Source: a virus
Virus record (IMG/VR): IMGVR_UViG_3300025018_000102
Span: 86,132-150,131 of that record
Length of the DNA stretch: 64,000 nt
Strand: one strand, 5' to 3'
Position numbers and translations under genes: made by a program. Of the stretch, positions 53,521 to 63,300 are shown piece after piece. Below the pieces are notes generated by a model that saw only the letters and a list, made by a program, of their open reading frames with translations, was not told where the DNA came from and made no database searches. Numbering within the stretch: position 1 is the first letter of the stretch; each line of letters begins with the position of its first letter.

Positions 53521-53987
53521 TGCCCTACTTGCCAAATCCCAACAATCTCGAGGCCTGGCGGCTTATTAACCTCCCGAAGCCACTGCCGCTACTATTGCAG
53601 TATGGGTACTTAGTAGGCTCCCAGGCAGTTCGGCTGGTCACGGGAGGTGAACCACTGGACACGGGGGACTGGGATATCATGGTGCCCCCAAAGAACTGGA
53701 GCACTCTGTGGAGTGCGGAGGAGTCTTTTCTGGCGGGATACCGGGGGTCATCCACCTATCTTGGTGGCATCCATTTTTCCTTCAATATACCTCCAAGAAG
53801 TCGCCCAGGCGATGGCTCAGCGCCAGATCCCTTCTCGGCCCCCCTTACGGGGTCGGTTGAGGTGGATTTGTTTTCAGCTTACCTAGAGGAGTACCTAGCC
53901 GCCGCTAGCCTTGCGAGGGACAAAACTGTGGTGTTCGCAGTAGATATACCAAAAAACATTGTGTACTCTGCGCGAGCTTTTGGATGA
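53520..53987 (+). CDS. Putative minimal nucleotidyltransferase
   Basis: 'LVGS...GDWDI...VDLF'; coupled to RNA ligase. Confidence 0.5.
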   Translation: MPYLPNPNNLEAWRLINLPKPLPLLLQYGYLVGSQAVRLVTGGEPLDTGDWDIMVPPKNWSTLWSAEESFLAGYRGSSTYLGGIHFSFNIPPRSRPGDGSAPDPFSAPLTGSVEVDLFSAYLEEYLAAASLARDKTVVFAVDIPKNIVYSARAFG

Positions 53988-54466
53988 CCTACAAGACGTT
54001 CCATAAGTCGTTCCATAAGTCCTATCTGGTGCGTAGTAAGTCGCTTCCTCAGGATCTAGCAACCAAGAATGAGCGCCGCGTCCTTCAAAGCACTGAGACT
54101 CTTCGAATCCACATTGACGGAGAGCCTGTGTATGGTAGCCCTCAGGAACTGTACGAAGACGTCGTGCGGCCCATGATGATTGAGACTGCTCTATCCTACT
54201 TTGATGAAATGCAGGGGCCCTTGGACACGAGGCCGGGGCCCCCGTGGTTTACTGGTTGTGAGCGCGCTTACCTTTTGCCCGTCACGTCTTCCGGGGGCCT
54301 CCGCTTCCTGTGGAGGTTTGAGTTCTGCACGATAAACTTCATGACGCACACTTCTAGTGCCTCCCTGCACTATCCTGGTCACCTATTTCACCGCATCACC
54401 ACGCACTCCCCAGAGGACCGGCGTAAAATCTTACAACTTGCTCTCCCTGAGACCCTCATTCCTTAG
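53984..54466 (+). CDS. Hypothetical protein
   Basis: ATGA overlap. Confidence 0.55.
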   Translation: MTYKTFHKSFHKSYLVRSKSLPQDLATKNERRVLQSTETLRIHIDGEPVYGSPQELYEDVVRPMMIETALSYFDEMQGPLDTRPGPPWFTGCERAYLLPVTSSGGLRFLWRFEFCTINFMTHTSSASLHYPGHLFHRITTHSPEDRRKILQLALPETLIP

Positions 54467-54476
54467 GATTTTTACC

Positions 54477-55043
54477 TTGCTTACAAAAGAACGTGCAACC
54501 ATTATTCTCGCCCTCATTGCCCTTGCGCACACAGTTGAAGCCCAAGATTTACCTCCGGCCGAATCTGCCCTTGGGCTGGCTGTGGCCCGTGTGTGTGCAA
54601 ATGAAGCCTCCTTGCAGAGGGCCACACCTGCTGATTGTGCCCTCATTTACCAGGCGGCCCGGAGGCATGGGGACACCCAGGAAGAGCAACTTCGGTGGCT
54701 CACAAACCACTCGAGTTGTGTTCTTGGGCCCCGAAGGCGCCACAGACTTAGGGGCAACTGTGCCTGGTCCCGCAACTTGACCCGAGAGGGTACTCGGCCA
54801 CAATCTTGGCCTACGGTTTCCCCATGGAGAAGGTACAAGCCCCGTTGGCTCGCGATGCTCGCTTACTGCGATGCCCTCGCTGGAGGAGCCATTCCTGCAG
54901 GAGGATGGCCCTGCGAAAGGGACCCCGACACTTGGGGCGGGCACATGGATCATGGCCGCGCTCGCCGCCTCGGGTACACCCGCGTAACGTGCCATCGAAC
55001 AGCCAATACAGGCTGGATGTACCCTGCCTGGAATAGGGACTGA
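54477..55043 (+). CDS. Secreted protein, possibly SleB-like cell wall hydrolase
   Basis: Signal peptide then 'VARVCANEA' helix with candidate catalytic Glu; TTG start. Confidence 0.4.
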   Translation: MLTKERATIILALIALAHTVEAQDLPPAESALGLAVARVCANEASLQRATPADCALIYQAARRHGDTQEEQLRWLTNHSSCVLGPRRRHRLRGNCAWSRNLTREGTRPQSWPTVSPWRRYKPRWLAMLAYCDALAGGAIPAGGWPCERDPDTWGGHMDHGRARRLGYTRVTCHRTANTGWMYPAWNRD

Positions 55044-55348
55044 TCCTATTCACGTGTAAGGGTAATATCAACTAAGTCTTTGTTCATCTTTGATTTTGCA
55101 AAAAACCCTTTAATAAAGCCCACTCTGAACTGGATCGGGCACGCTTCAGAAAACGGCGCATCAACTATTCATTTTCCTTGCGGGTATTCAAATGAGCACT
55201 ATACTCCACGGGGGCATCATATGCCCAATCGAAGTCGTCGCAGGCCTTGCTGCGCTGACAAAAGCTGGACTCTGCTGGAGGTGGTATTCCACTCCCATTA
55301 GAGCTTGGTGGAAGAGAATCAAGGCCACTCCCTAAAGAAAGACAGCAA

Positions 55349-55975
55349 ATGAACAAGACAGCCATCCTATTTATCCTTGATCGAAGCGGATCCATGATGT
55401 CCACGGCAGATGATGTGCGAGGGGGATTTGCAGCCTTCATCAAAGAGCAGCAGGAGTTGCCTGGTGAGGCCACACTCACCCTGGCACAGTTCGACCACGA
55501 GTTTCAGCTTGAGTACACCAATGTTCCGATCTCCGAGGTGCCTGAGCTGGTGTTTGCCCCTAGAGGCAACACTGGGCTCTTAGACGCCATCGGAATGGGA
55601 GTCCAGAGTTTCGCGGATGCCTTCGACGCCCTTCCAGAGGATGAAAAGCCAGGAACTGTCGTTGCAGTCATCTACACAGACGGTGGCGAGAATTGCTCTA
55701 CGGAGTGGACTAAGGCCAAGGTGGCTGAACTTGTGGAGTCCAAAAAGAAACTTGGCTGGGAGTTCGTCTTCCTTGGCGAGGACCTGGCCGGAGTGCACGA
55801 TGCCCACAACTATGGCATGGTTGCCTACTCCGTTGCTGGGCAATCAAAGGGCTCCATCCTTGGCTCAATGAGCCGAGGAGTCGCCTCCAGCCGCGCTGGT
55901 ACTGGCTACATCCACACCACGGATAGCAACGTGGGAGGATCCAACTCAACCACTACTGGAAAATCCAGTGAGTGA
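55349..55975 (+). CDS. von Willebrand factor A domain protein
   Basis: MIDAS 'DRSGSM', 'T.LLDAIG', 'TDG.EN'. Confidence 0.85.
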   Translation: MNKTAILFILDRSGSMMSTADDVRGGFAAFIKEQQELPGEATLTLAQFDHEFQLEYTNVPISEVPELVFAPRGNTGLLDAIGMGVQSFADAFDALPEDEKPGTVVAVIYTDGGENCSTEWTKAKVAELVESKKKLGWEFVFLGEDLAGVHDAHNYGMVAYSVAGQSKGSILGSMSRGVASSRAGTGYIHTTDSNVGGSNSTTTGKSSE

Positions 55976-56294
55976 AACAAAGCTTCCCGAAGGCTGGCTT
56001 ATGGACACCCTGGAGCGATGTCGCGCTGAGGTGGCCACTTGGCCTGATTGGAAGAAGATCGCATACAGGGTCATGGAAGATCCATCCAGAGGCGTTCCAG
56101 TGCCTCCCATGGAGGACCCGACCGTAAAGAAGTCCTTCAAGGATCTTGCGGCCACTTGTGCCAAACGGATCATGGCCGACTATCCCGACGCGAAGGAGTT
56201 GGATGTGATCCGTATGCTTGGCGACTATGGGCACGCCCACATGGTCGCTGTGGAGGTTTGTGGCGAGATCTTCAACAAATGCTTCGACGAATGA
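55968..56294 (+). CDS. Hypothetical protein
   Basis: Overlap-coupled small gene. Confidence 0.55.
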   Translation: MSETKLPEGWLMDTLERCRAEVATWPDWKKIAYRVMEDPSRGVPVPPMEDPTVKKSFKDLAATCAKRIMADYPDAKELDVIRMLGDYGHAHMVAVEVCGEIFNKCFDE

Positions 56295-56713
56295 TCTTAT
56301 ACCAGCGAGCATCCTCGGGGGCCCATATGGTGAGTTCAGCAGCCAGTCGGAGGTACAGGCTCCTGACCTTGCCCCACGACGGCGTGTGGGAACTGCGAGC
56401 CCACTTCGGCTTCGACTCCGACTTCGACTACGCCAAAATGCAGCCACTTTGCGACGAGCCAGCACTTGTGCGTGTAGATACCGCTCCCCTGTTCATCAGG
56501 GACATTGTGGGCACTCCCACGCACCCAGACTTCAATCAAGGGGCTAGGTGGAACGGGCTGCTCGTCCTGACCCACACGAGTGGAGATAGGGTCCTGTGGG
56601 CAGGAAGCCTTCCTCCATGGGACATGGCTGTCTCGAGCATTCTTGGGCCTATGGAGTACACTCCAGTTCCTCCCGGGAGGCGATGGCCAGGTGTTTCCGA
56701 CTGGGTTCCCTAG
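56291..56713 (+). CDS. Hypothetical protein
   Basis: ATGA overlap at 56291. Confidence 0.5.
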   Translation: MILYQRASSGAHMVSSAASRRYRLLTLPHDGVWELRAHFGFDSDFDYAKMQPLCDEPALVRVDTAPLFIRDIVGTPTHPDFNQGARWNGLLVLTHTSGDRVLWAGSLPPWDMAVSSILGPMEYTPVPPGRRWPGVSDWVP

Positions 56714-56782
56714 CCCAGAAAGAACAAAATAAGGCTTGCTTAGCCCGTATTCGGAACTATATAGATTGTGAAAGGAAGCATC

Positions 56783-56906
56783 ATGAGTAACGAGACTGCT
56801 GAACAGAAGAAGGCCCGGAAGCGACGCGAGGCCGAAGATCGCAACGCCAAGACCCCAGATCATCTCCGGAAAAAGAACCGAGAGAAGAACTGGAAGGGCA
56901 AGTAGA
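56783..56906 (+). CDS. Small basic peptide (not in ORF track)
   Basis: AAGGA SD; MSNETAEQKKARKRREAEDRNAKTPDHLRKKNREKNWKGK; abuts next start. Confidence 0.5.
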
Positions 56907-57313
56907 TGGTCTGCGAGGAAGATCCCGCCGAAAGCCACGACTGGGATCCCGCTGATGATGCTGAGAGCAGCCCCTCTCACCCAATCACCCTAAAGCAGTT
57001 CGACGCGTGGGTGATGGCGCTCAAGTCCGGATCCTACAGACAGGCAAGCGACGCCCTCAAGTCCGTGGACCCACACGATGGGCACACCGTTTTCTGCTGC
57101 CTTGGTGTGCTTAGGGACATCACGCCAGGTATAGTACCAGTTGGTGGACCCAATGAAGATTTCTTGTACGGCAACAGTTTATCGTTCGACCCCATCATGC
57201 TCCCTACATGCCTACAGATCCACCTGGCAGAGATGAACGATAAGGGATCTTCCTTCGAGGAGATCGCGGAGTGGCTTGAAGCTCGCAAGGACGACATATG
57301 TCCAAAGAGTTAG
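56906..57313 (+). CDS. Hypothetical protein, paralog of 58703..59053
   Basis: Shared W..AL.SG.Y.Q / FCCLGVL / MND.G..F.EIA motifs. Confidence 0.7.
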   Translation: MVCEEDPAESHDWDPADDAESSPSHPITLKQFDAWVMALKSGSYRQASDALKSVDPHDGHTVFCCLGVLRDITPGIVPVGGPNEDFLYGNSLSFDPIMLPTCLQIHLAEMNDKGSSFEEIAEWLEARKDDICPKS

Positions 57314-57492
57314 AGATCGCAGTTAGAGTAGCCTTCAAGGCTTACAAAGCTACGCACGAGAACCTGCTAGAGGCCATATCCAAGCAGGCCGCAGCATGGG
57401 ATGAGTATGTGAAAATCCACGATGCCATGGAGGCATCGTATCGAGCCACGAACGACACACAAACCGGCGATGCCGGGATTGAGGAGGGGTGA
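57298..57492 (+). CDS. Hypothetical protein
   Basis: AAGGA SD, helical. Confidence 0.55.
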   Translation: MSKELEIAVRVAFKAYKATHENLLEAISKQAAAWDEYVKIHDAMEASYRATNDTQTGDAGIEEG

Positions 57493-57746
57493 GTATGGAA
57501 CCGTGGCTTAGGGCGGCCCTTGACCGAGGGGGCATTGAGACTGACATCAACGCTAGATGGGAAAATGGGCATGACCATCATCCCAAGTCTGTGGAGCTTT
57601 TCGAGTCCATGATCGCGATCGACAGAGTCCACAACGGCAGTTCATTGGACATTGAGATTGGTGGAGATGGCGACTACGGAGAGATGCTGATGTTTCTGGC
57701 GGACATATACTTTGAGGCCCAGGATGGGCGAAGGGGGATCAAGTGA
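57489..57746 (+). CDS. Hypothetical protein
   Basis: GAGGAGG SD, overlap-coupled. Confidence 0.6.
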   Translation: MSMEPWLRAALDRGGIETDINARWENGHDHHPKSVELFESMIAIDRVHNGSSLDIEIGGDGDYGEMLMFLADIYFEAQDGRRGIK

Positions 57747-57964
57747 GACGGTACGACATCTGGTCAGAAGGGTACCGGGTCACCGGCAACTCAGCGGGAG
57801 CTGAGTTAGTGGCCACATCAAGCGGATACAGTTTCCGAGATGCTGTGGACGCTTACGCAAAGAAGTATCCTGCATTTGCCAGGTACTACGATCGGGAACG
57901 CATGACCTACTGGGGTTGTCGGCTCTTTGACAACGAGGAAGACGCGAGAAAGTCCTTTGGATAA
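57743..57964 (+). CDS. Hypothetical protein
   Basis: GTGA overlap; 'WSEGY...YWGCRLF'. Confidence 0.65.
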   Translation: MRRYDIWSEGYRVTGNSAGAELVATSSGYSFRDAVDAYAKKYPAFARYYDRERMTYWGCRLFDNEEDARKSFG

Positions 57965-58023
57965 GATGGAAACGTTCACACTAACAAATAAGTGCGACAC
58001 CCGCTCGTGGGTGCTGGTGCCAA

Positions 58024-58698
58024 GTGAGTAGCCTCTCGTTCACTCCTGAGTTCGAAGTGCTTGCGAGCCTCGATGGACTCGCAAGTATCGAGGAACTGTC
58101 AAACGAGATAAGTGTGTACGCAGCTTCTCCGTTCTTCGTGAGGGTGAACTGTGGTCCCTTGGCCCGGAGGTTCTTGGACGCCGTTCCTAACTCCTACTAT
58201 GACAAGTGCCGCGGCTTAGGGATGCTCCCAAACATCGACATCCGTGTCCACCGCCTGAACATTGGAGAGTATCCTGCTGTGCCCGGATGGCACTGTGACG
58301 GCCTCCGAAGAGAGACTTACTTCTCCCAGCCCGCCATGGATAGGGCCACCATCAGGGACACTGTGTTTGGGTTCATCTCGTCGGCCCCTGAGGTGTCCAG
58401 GACTGAGATCATCACCCAAAACCTAGACGTGGCCGGCCCCAGCAACGGTGGAGATGAGTTTGGGTTCTGGCGAGAAGTGTCCTCTCAAGTTCCTCGAGAC
58501 GTTACTCGGACAGAAGTGCAGGAGGGCCAGTTCGTTAGCATTGGGGCCAAGACGCTCCATAGAGCCACGCCAGCAAAGGTACGTGGATGGCGCCTGTTTT
58601 TTCGCATGAGCATGTGGCACAACGCCTACCTGGGCGACGGGGGCAAAGTGGCGAACCAGCAACAAGTGTACGTAGTCTCAGAACATTCAGGATGGTGA
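58024..58698 (+). CDS. 2OG-Fe(II) oxygenase-like protein
   Basis: 'GWHCD' HxD, distal 'LHRA', 'RLFFR'. Confidence 0.65.
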   Translation: MSSLSFTPEFEVLASLDGLASIEELSNEISVYAASPFFVRVNCGPLARRFLDAVPNSYYDKCRGLGMLPNIDIRVHRLNIGEYPAVPGWHCDGLRRETYFSQPAMDRATIRDTVFGFISSAPEVSRTEIITQNLDVAGPSNGGDEFGFWREVSSQVPRDVTRTEVQEGQFVSIGAKTLHRATPAKVRGWRLFFRMSMWHNAYLGDGGKVANQQQVYVVSEHSGW

Positions 58699-58702
58699 TC
58701 AG

Positions 58703-59053
58703 ATGGAAAAAGAACTAGTAATCAAGTGGGTGGAAGAACTGGAGTCTGGTAAGTACGAACAGTGCAAAGGCCAGCTCATGACCAACCCTGCGCACGATGA
58801 GAAAGCTTTCTGCTGTCTTGGAGTTTTGTGTGAGATTCAGAAGGACAAGCTTTATGGCGAATGGGTCGCGGGGTGCGGCGCGTGGCACCTGATGAGCGAG
58901 GGCGGCGGGGTGTACGTCGCCGCCTGGGGCATAGACGTACCCAATGGACCTCCTCAGCCTTTCGCCCGTGTTGTCTCGGACATGAACGATGAGGGCAAGA
59001 CCTTCAAAGAGATCGCCCAGCGGATCCGTGAAGAGTACCTGGAGGAGGAATAG
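58703..59053 (+). CDS. Hypothetical protein, paralog of 56906..57313
   Basis: Same motifs as 56906..57313. Confidence 0.7.
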   Translation: MEKELVIKWVEELESGKYEQCKGQLMTNPAHDEKAFCCLGVLCEIQKDKLYGEWVAGCGAWHLMSEGGGVYVAAWGIDVPNGPPQPFARVVSDMNDEGKTFKEIAQRIREEYLEEE

Positions 59054-59337
59054 TGGACCTAAGAGAACTGCTACGAACTACGGCTCATCGGATTGGCAAC
59101 ATCCCCGCGCACTCCCCCGAACTGATCAACCTCGTGGGAGCCGTTCGGGACGTTTTGACGAACAGGGGGCTTGGAGGGAACTGCCATGTTGGAGGAGACT
59201 TCTCCAAAGACGTGGACGGCGAAATGACGCTCGAGTGGTACGCAGGAGCCCTCGTGGACATCTACGACAACAAGGCGTGGTACGCCATGAACTCGTGGAT
59301 CAACTGCGTCGACAAGTTCGCCCAGAAGAAGCCATGA
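59053..59337 (+). CDS. Hypothetical protein
   Basis: GGAGG SD, stop/start overlap. Confidence 0.55.
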   Translation: MDLRELLRTTAHRIGNIPAHSPELINLVGAVRDVLTNRGLGGNCHVGGDFSKDVDGEMTLEWYAGALVDIYDNKAWYAMNSWINCVDKFAQKKP

Positions 59338-60323
59338 AGCCCCCTATTCTGTGTAAGAATGCCGGGGAAGGCGCTCCAGGCTGCCGCACGGTAGCCGACC
59401 CCAACTGGACCATGGACTACACTGACGTGGAGCCTGGAGCGTACTTTCATTGGTGCTCTCGTTGCGGCCCGGCTGCTGCGGTGCTAGAAGCAGCACTGAC
59501 TGCAAAGTTGGAGGCCGATCCAGAACTTAGGGCACGATTGGACGAAGCCCTCAAGAAGGAAAAACTGATGGAAGACACAAGGGAAGATCCAGTGAATGTT
59601 GCTGGTAGGTTTTACGGGTGCCACAACAACATCCTCAACATTGGAGGAGAGTGCTGGGAGGTCCGTGAGGATGAGAGCGACGGGTACCGCTCGTACCTGG
59701 ACGGGCTCTATCGCGTCCCCAACCCTGGGGGATTTTTTGACTCTGCACTGGACCTTGTGCACATTGAGCCCGTTGGGGACTCCGAGGCCCTCGAGGAACT
59801 GTCGGAGCAAATAGGCTATGGTGCTGACGACTTTGAGGGATACAAGGTTGTGGGCCAGGATGGGCACGTGTGGGCCATCTTTGGCACCGCCGATGCGGGC
59901 GACTACTATCCTAGCTTCCGGTGCATCTACTTCCCGAAGCCTGTGCTGCCCGGGGCTGGCGAGTATGACGACTCAGTGGAGCACCAAGAGGCATCTGGCA
60001 CGGAGGCTGTCAATGACGGCTCCCGCGTCTACGAAATGAGCGAGTCTCAGTTCGTGAGCTTCGAGGCCGCTGTCGCGAACTCTCGACCATCAGGTCGTCT
60101 TGCATCATTCGCCAACGCAAGCGACTACTATGTTGAGATGGATAAAGAACACGCCCTCGAAGAGGCCATCATCGAGGACGTGTGTTTGGCCGTGTACACA
60201 GCCTGCGAAAACGCCTTCGAGGCTGGAGAGCAAGACAACTCAGACAATCCAGCGGCAGAGTTCGGGGACCCCGTCATCGACGCCATTCGCAAGGCTGTAC
60301 GCACTCACACGGGCAGCAAGTGA
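59334..60323 (+). CDS. Hypothetical acidic multi-module protein
   Basis: ATGA overlap at 59334 preferred over track start 58989. Confidence 0.55.
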   Translation: MKPPILCKNAGEGAPGCRTVADPNWTMDYTDVEPGAYFHWCSRCGPAAAVLEAALTAKLEADPELRARLDEALKKEKLMEDTREDPVNVAGRFYGCHNNILNIGGECWEVREDESDGYRSYLDGLYRVPNPGGFFDSALDLVHIEPVGDSEALEELSEQIGYGADDFEGYKVVGQDGHVWAIFGTADAGDYYPSFRCIYFPKPVLPGAGEYDDSVEHQEASGTEAVNDGSRVYEMSESQFVSFEAAVANSRPSGRLASFANASDYYVEMDKEHALEEAIIEDVCLAVYTACENAFEAGEQDNSDNPAAEFGDPVIDAIRKAVRTHTGSK

Positions 60324-60658
60324 CTCGAGAGGAGAAACTGGACAAGCTCTCAAAACTGGCATTTGCCTACGTAAATGAGAAAGCCCCCTGCGATCAAATC
60401 CGGCTCTGGTGGGAGTTTGTGGACTTCGTGTTCCCCTATTTGGACAACAATCAAGCGGAGGTCGATGCCCTGAGGGCCCAGGACTTCGACACGATGGCCC
60501 GTGAGGCAGATGAGGCTGGGCGCCTCTGGGCTGAGAAGTACAACGCCAGTCACCCTGGTTGCCTTACGGTCCTCATAGTTCTGCTCCTAAAGGGCTTGGT
60601 GTATTTTGTCGTGTTCGTGGCAATGGTTTGGGCCTCGCTGGAGATCTTGGGCAGATGA
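60320..60658 (+). CDS. Membrane protein (C-terminal TM)
   Basis: GTGA overlap; hydrophobic C-terminus. Confidence 0.55.
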   Translation: MTREEKLDKLSKLAFAYVNEKAPCDQIRLWWEFVDFVFPYLDNNQAEVDALRAQDFDTMAREADEAGRLWAEKYNASHPGCLTVLIVLLLKGLVYFVVFVAMVWASLEILGR

Positions 60659-60837
60659 GTACAAAAGAGCCTAACTGGGTGTGCCCTGAGTACAAAGAGG
60701 TTGACGCACACTGTGACTGTGGTGAGGGTGAGGCCCCTGCGCAAGAAGGCCCGTTGCCCCTCACCCAGACAGATGAGCGCGACGCATGGAACGCTGAAGC
60801 AGCAGAATGGTACCAGGAGTATGATTGGGATGACTAA
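60655..60837 (+). CDS. Small Cys-containing protein
   Basis: ATGA overlap. Confidence 0.5.
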   Translation: MSTKEPNWVCPEYKEVDAHCDCGEGEAPAQEGPLPLTQTDERDAWNAEAAEWYQEYDWDD

Positions 60838-60949
60838 AGAAGCAACTTTGCAAGAAGACTTATAGGTTAAAAAGTGGCCTGGAGTACCTTGACGCATAAG
60901 GGCTGCGCCCTTATGGTTCCCTCCTGCCCCGTTTGAAAGGAACTGTAGA

Positions 60950-61870
60950 ATGAGTATGGTATTCGGCGTGGAGTGCCCGATCTGCGGCATGGATCTGGTC
61001 TTCGCGGATGCAAACCACCCGCCGGATGAATGCGCTGACCAAGTCGCTGAGAACGAGCGACAGGTGGCCGCCTACAAGGCGGAGAAAGCGTGGTCGGAGG
61101 AGTTGGCTCGCCGTACGAAACACTCAAGAAGGAACTGTGGAATGAGTCCAACAGATATCATGATGCCCAACGACAAACCCCCTGTGGAGGTTCAGATGAC
61201 GGAAGAAGAACAAGTGGCCGGCTCGTGCAGGAAGGTGACACTGGTCTCCCCCAGAATCGTCAAAGCCGCGATGGACCGCACGCAGATTGTAGGTGCGCTC
61301 AAGCAGCGGCCTGCAAGCAGTACGTCGTTGGAGACAAACGAGCGCCGAACAGTGCTCATCAAGTTCGCAGGTAAAACCTTCGACAACACTGGAAGCAAAG
61401 CTGTTGAAAGTGCGGCCGTGACCCTAATGCAGGAGGTGGATCATAAGCTGGTGTGGGGGGACCCTACGCCTGCCCCCTTCGATCCGTTTTCCCCCGGAAC
61501 GGTCGAGGGTCGCGAAGGTCCCGAAATATTAGGGCTCAAAGGGTACGCCCGCGAATACAAAGACATGGTTGTGTCTGCGGACGTGTTCCAGGATCACTTG
61601 AAGAACAATCCTCAAGTGATGCACGCACATGTATCCCCCGCGGCTTTCGTGGAAGAGGGATCCATTCCTCCTTTGGGAGCCTATGTGGCTTGGGATCCTT
61701 CTCATGTTTCCCTGCACATTTTGATGCCCTTAACCATCATTCCTTTGGCAAACTGGAAAGACATCAACGGGACTCCAGGGCCTGACTTCAAAGAGAATCG
61801 GTCTGTGATGATGTGGTACGGCGCACTCGTCATCCACAACCCCAGCAGCATCAAAATCCATCTCGCATGA
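60950..61870 (+). CDS. Hypothetical protein with N-terminal CPIC motif
   Basis: 306 aa; possible internal start at 61142. Confidence 0.55.
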   Translation: MSMVFGVECPICGMDLVFADANHPPDECADQVAENERQVAAYKAEKAWSEELARRTKHSRRNCGMSPTDIMMPNDKPPVEVQMTEEEQVAGSCRKVTLVSPRIVKAAMDRTQIVGALKQRPASSTSLETNERRTVLIKFAGKTFDNTGSKAVESAAVTLMQEVDHKLVWGDPTPAPFDPFSPGTVEGREGPEILGLKGYAREYKDMVVSADVFQDHLKNNPQVMHAHVSPAAFVEEGSIPPLGAYVAWDPSHVSLHILMPLTIIPLANWKDINGTPGPDFKENRSVMMWYGALVIHNPSSIKIHLA

Positions 61871-61874
61871 AAAG

Positions 61875-62237
61875 GTGAATGTAGTGACAAAGAAGATGAA
61901 GACGATATTAGGTGACCTTGACCCCGAAACAGAGTTCGAGTGGTTAGGTACAAAGTTCAGGGTTAGTGGGGCGGTCAAAAGGCAAATCAATCACGTGCCT
62001 GCTGTAGGGCCCGACAATGTGTGCATCCACTTCATCCATGACCTAACAGAGGTACAGGTGGCTGTGCCCAAGCAGTGGATCAAGGTGCCTCTCCATGAAG
62101 TAGAGAAGGGTGAGGAGTTCCGTATGAATGGAGGCACATGGACCGCCCATGGTTCAAAAGATAACTGGAGGATAGTTTCATTCCTGAATCTCAGGCATCG
62201 TATCTGGCCAGACGAAGAAGTGGAGGTGTTTCGATGA
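61875..62237 (+). CDS. Hypothetical protein with two-fold internal repeat
   Basis: 'LGDLDPETEF' / 'LHEVEKGEEF' halves. Confidence 0.55.
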   Translation: MNVVTKKMKTILGDLDPETEFEWLGTKFRVSGAVKRQINHVPAVGPDNVCIHFIHDLTEVQVAVPKQWIKVPLHEVEKGEEFRMNGGTWTAHGSKDNWRIVSFLNLRHRIWPDEEVEVFR

Positions 62238-62428
62238 AGGAGGAATCCAAACTCAAGCAAGCACTGATCAACTATCCCAATACTGCTACGGAACGGCTCA
62301 ATCGAGCCATGAAACAACTCGCTAAGGCCCAAAGAGAGATGGGGGAGGCTGACAAGGCCGATGCTCACGCCCCAGCCGTTCTATGGCCCCTCAAGGACCT
62401 GGAGGAGACTTGTCATGTTGACCTTTGA
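62234..62428 (+). CDS. Hypothetical protein
   Basis: GGAGG SD, ATGA overlap. Confidence 0.55.
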   Translation: MKEESKLKQALINYPNTATERLNRAMKQLAKAQREMGEADKADAHAPAVLWPLKDLEETCHVDL

Positions 62429-62663
62429 CGTAACCTACCACTGCGATGCCAAGGACTGCTCCGCACAGGCCAAACTCGAGCAAGTCAGCCTGTCAGTCGA
62501 GATAACTGAGGAGTCCAACTCCTATGGCTCCACCTACTGCACCGGGCAAATCTCGCCCGATAGCCTCCCTCCTCGCTGGGCTACCGTCATCATATGGAGC
62601 GAGCCCTGCTTCTACTGCCCCAAACACGCCAAACTAGCCAAACTAGCCAAACTATCTCAATAG
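62415..62663 (+). CDS. Small Zn-binding protein
   Basis: GGAGG SD; CDAKDC...CPKH. Confidence 0.55.
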   Translation: MLTFDVTYHCDAKDCSAQAKLEQVSLSVEITEESNSYGSTYCTGQISPDSLPPRWATVIIWSEPCFYCPKHAKLAKLAKLSQ

Positions 62664-63205
62664 GTAAGACAATGCCACAACCAAAATGCTGGTTCTACGC
62701 GGAAGACGGGGGCTGTGAAGATCCGAGATCCCGACTTAACCAACATCTCGCCCTAGGCCCCTCCATGGCCCCGTCTCCTGGGAGAAGCCTTCATCCTAGC
62801 CGCAGGTGAGGCTGAGGCCCAAAGAAGCCAGGAGACAGCCGCACAGGAGCCCCAGCGGTAATTCCGAACAGACGCCATCATGCCGGCATACAAAGAAGCC
62901 GGAGATCCCGGCAAGTTCGAAGAGGACGAGGAAGGCAAGTGACTACTGGACAGAATACTTCTTGTGACTCTCTCAGGAGGGCGCTGTTCAAAACAAGGCC
63001 TTTATGGCCAAAAAAAGCGATCCGCCCCACGGTAGCTTTCGGTCCCCCGTTAGGCTTAGATCCCCAGGTTAGGGAAATAGCCCGCCCAGTATCCCAAGGC
63101 ACTGGGGCCCTACTAGACTTAGATCCCCAGAACAGGGCAATCTAGGAGGCACTAGGCACTGGGGCCGGACGGGCAATCTAGGAATCTGAGGCAATCGAGG
63201 ACCCT

Positions 63206-63300
63206 ATTTAGCATTTTGTATTTTCTAAAAAATATAGGAATATAGGAATATAGGGCCTGATTTAGCATTTTGTATTTTCTAAAAATATAGGAATATAGGG
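63206..63300. repeat. AT-rich direct duplication with AATATAGG sub-repeats
   Basis: ATTTAGCATTTTGTATTTTCTAAA(A)-(AATATAGG)x3 then x2. Confidence 0.9.

Noticed and set aside
61142-61870. Second capsid/encapsulin-like protein
   Set aside because: Only a vague resemblance; cannot be supported without a profile search
53990-62657. Short in-frame microrepeats (GTTCCATAAGTC x2 near 53998, GCCAAACTA x3 at 62628, CGACT-type 6-mers near 56410)
   Set aside because: Two or three copies in frame; consistent with ordinary slippage
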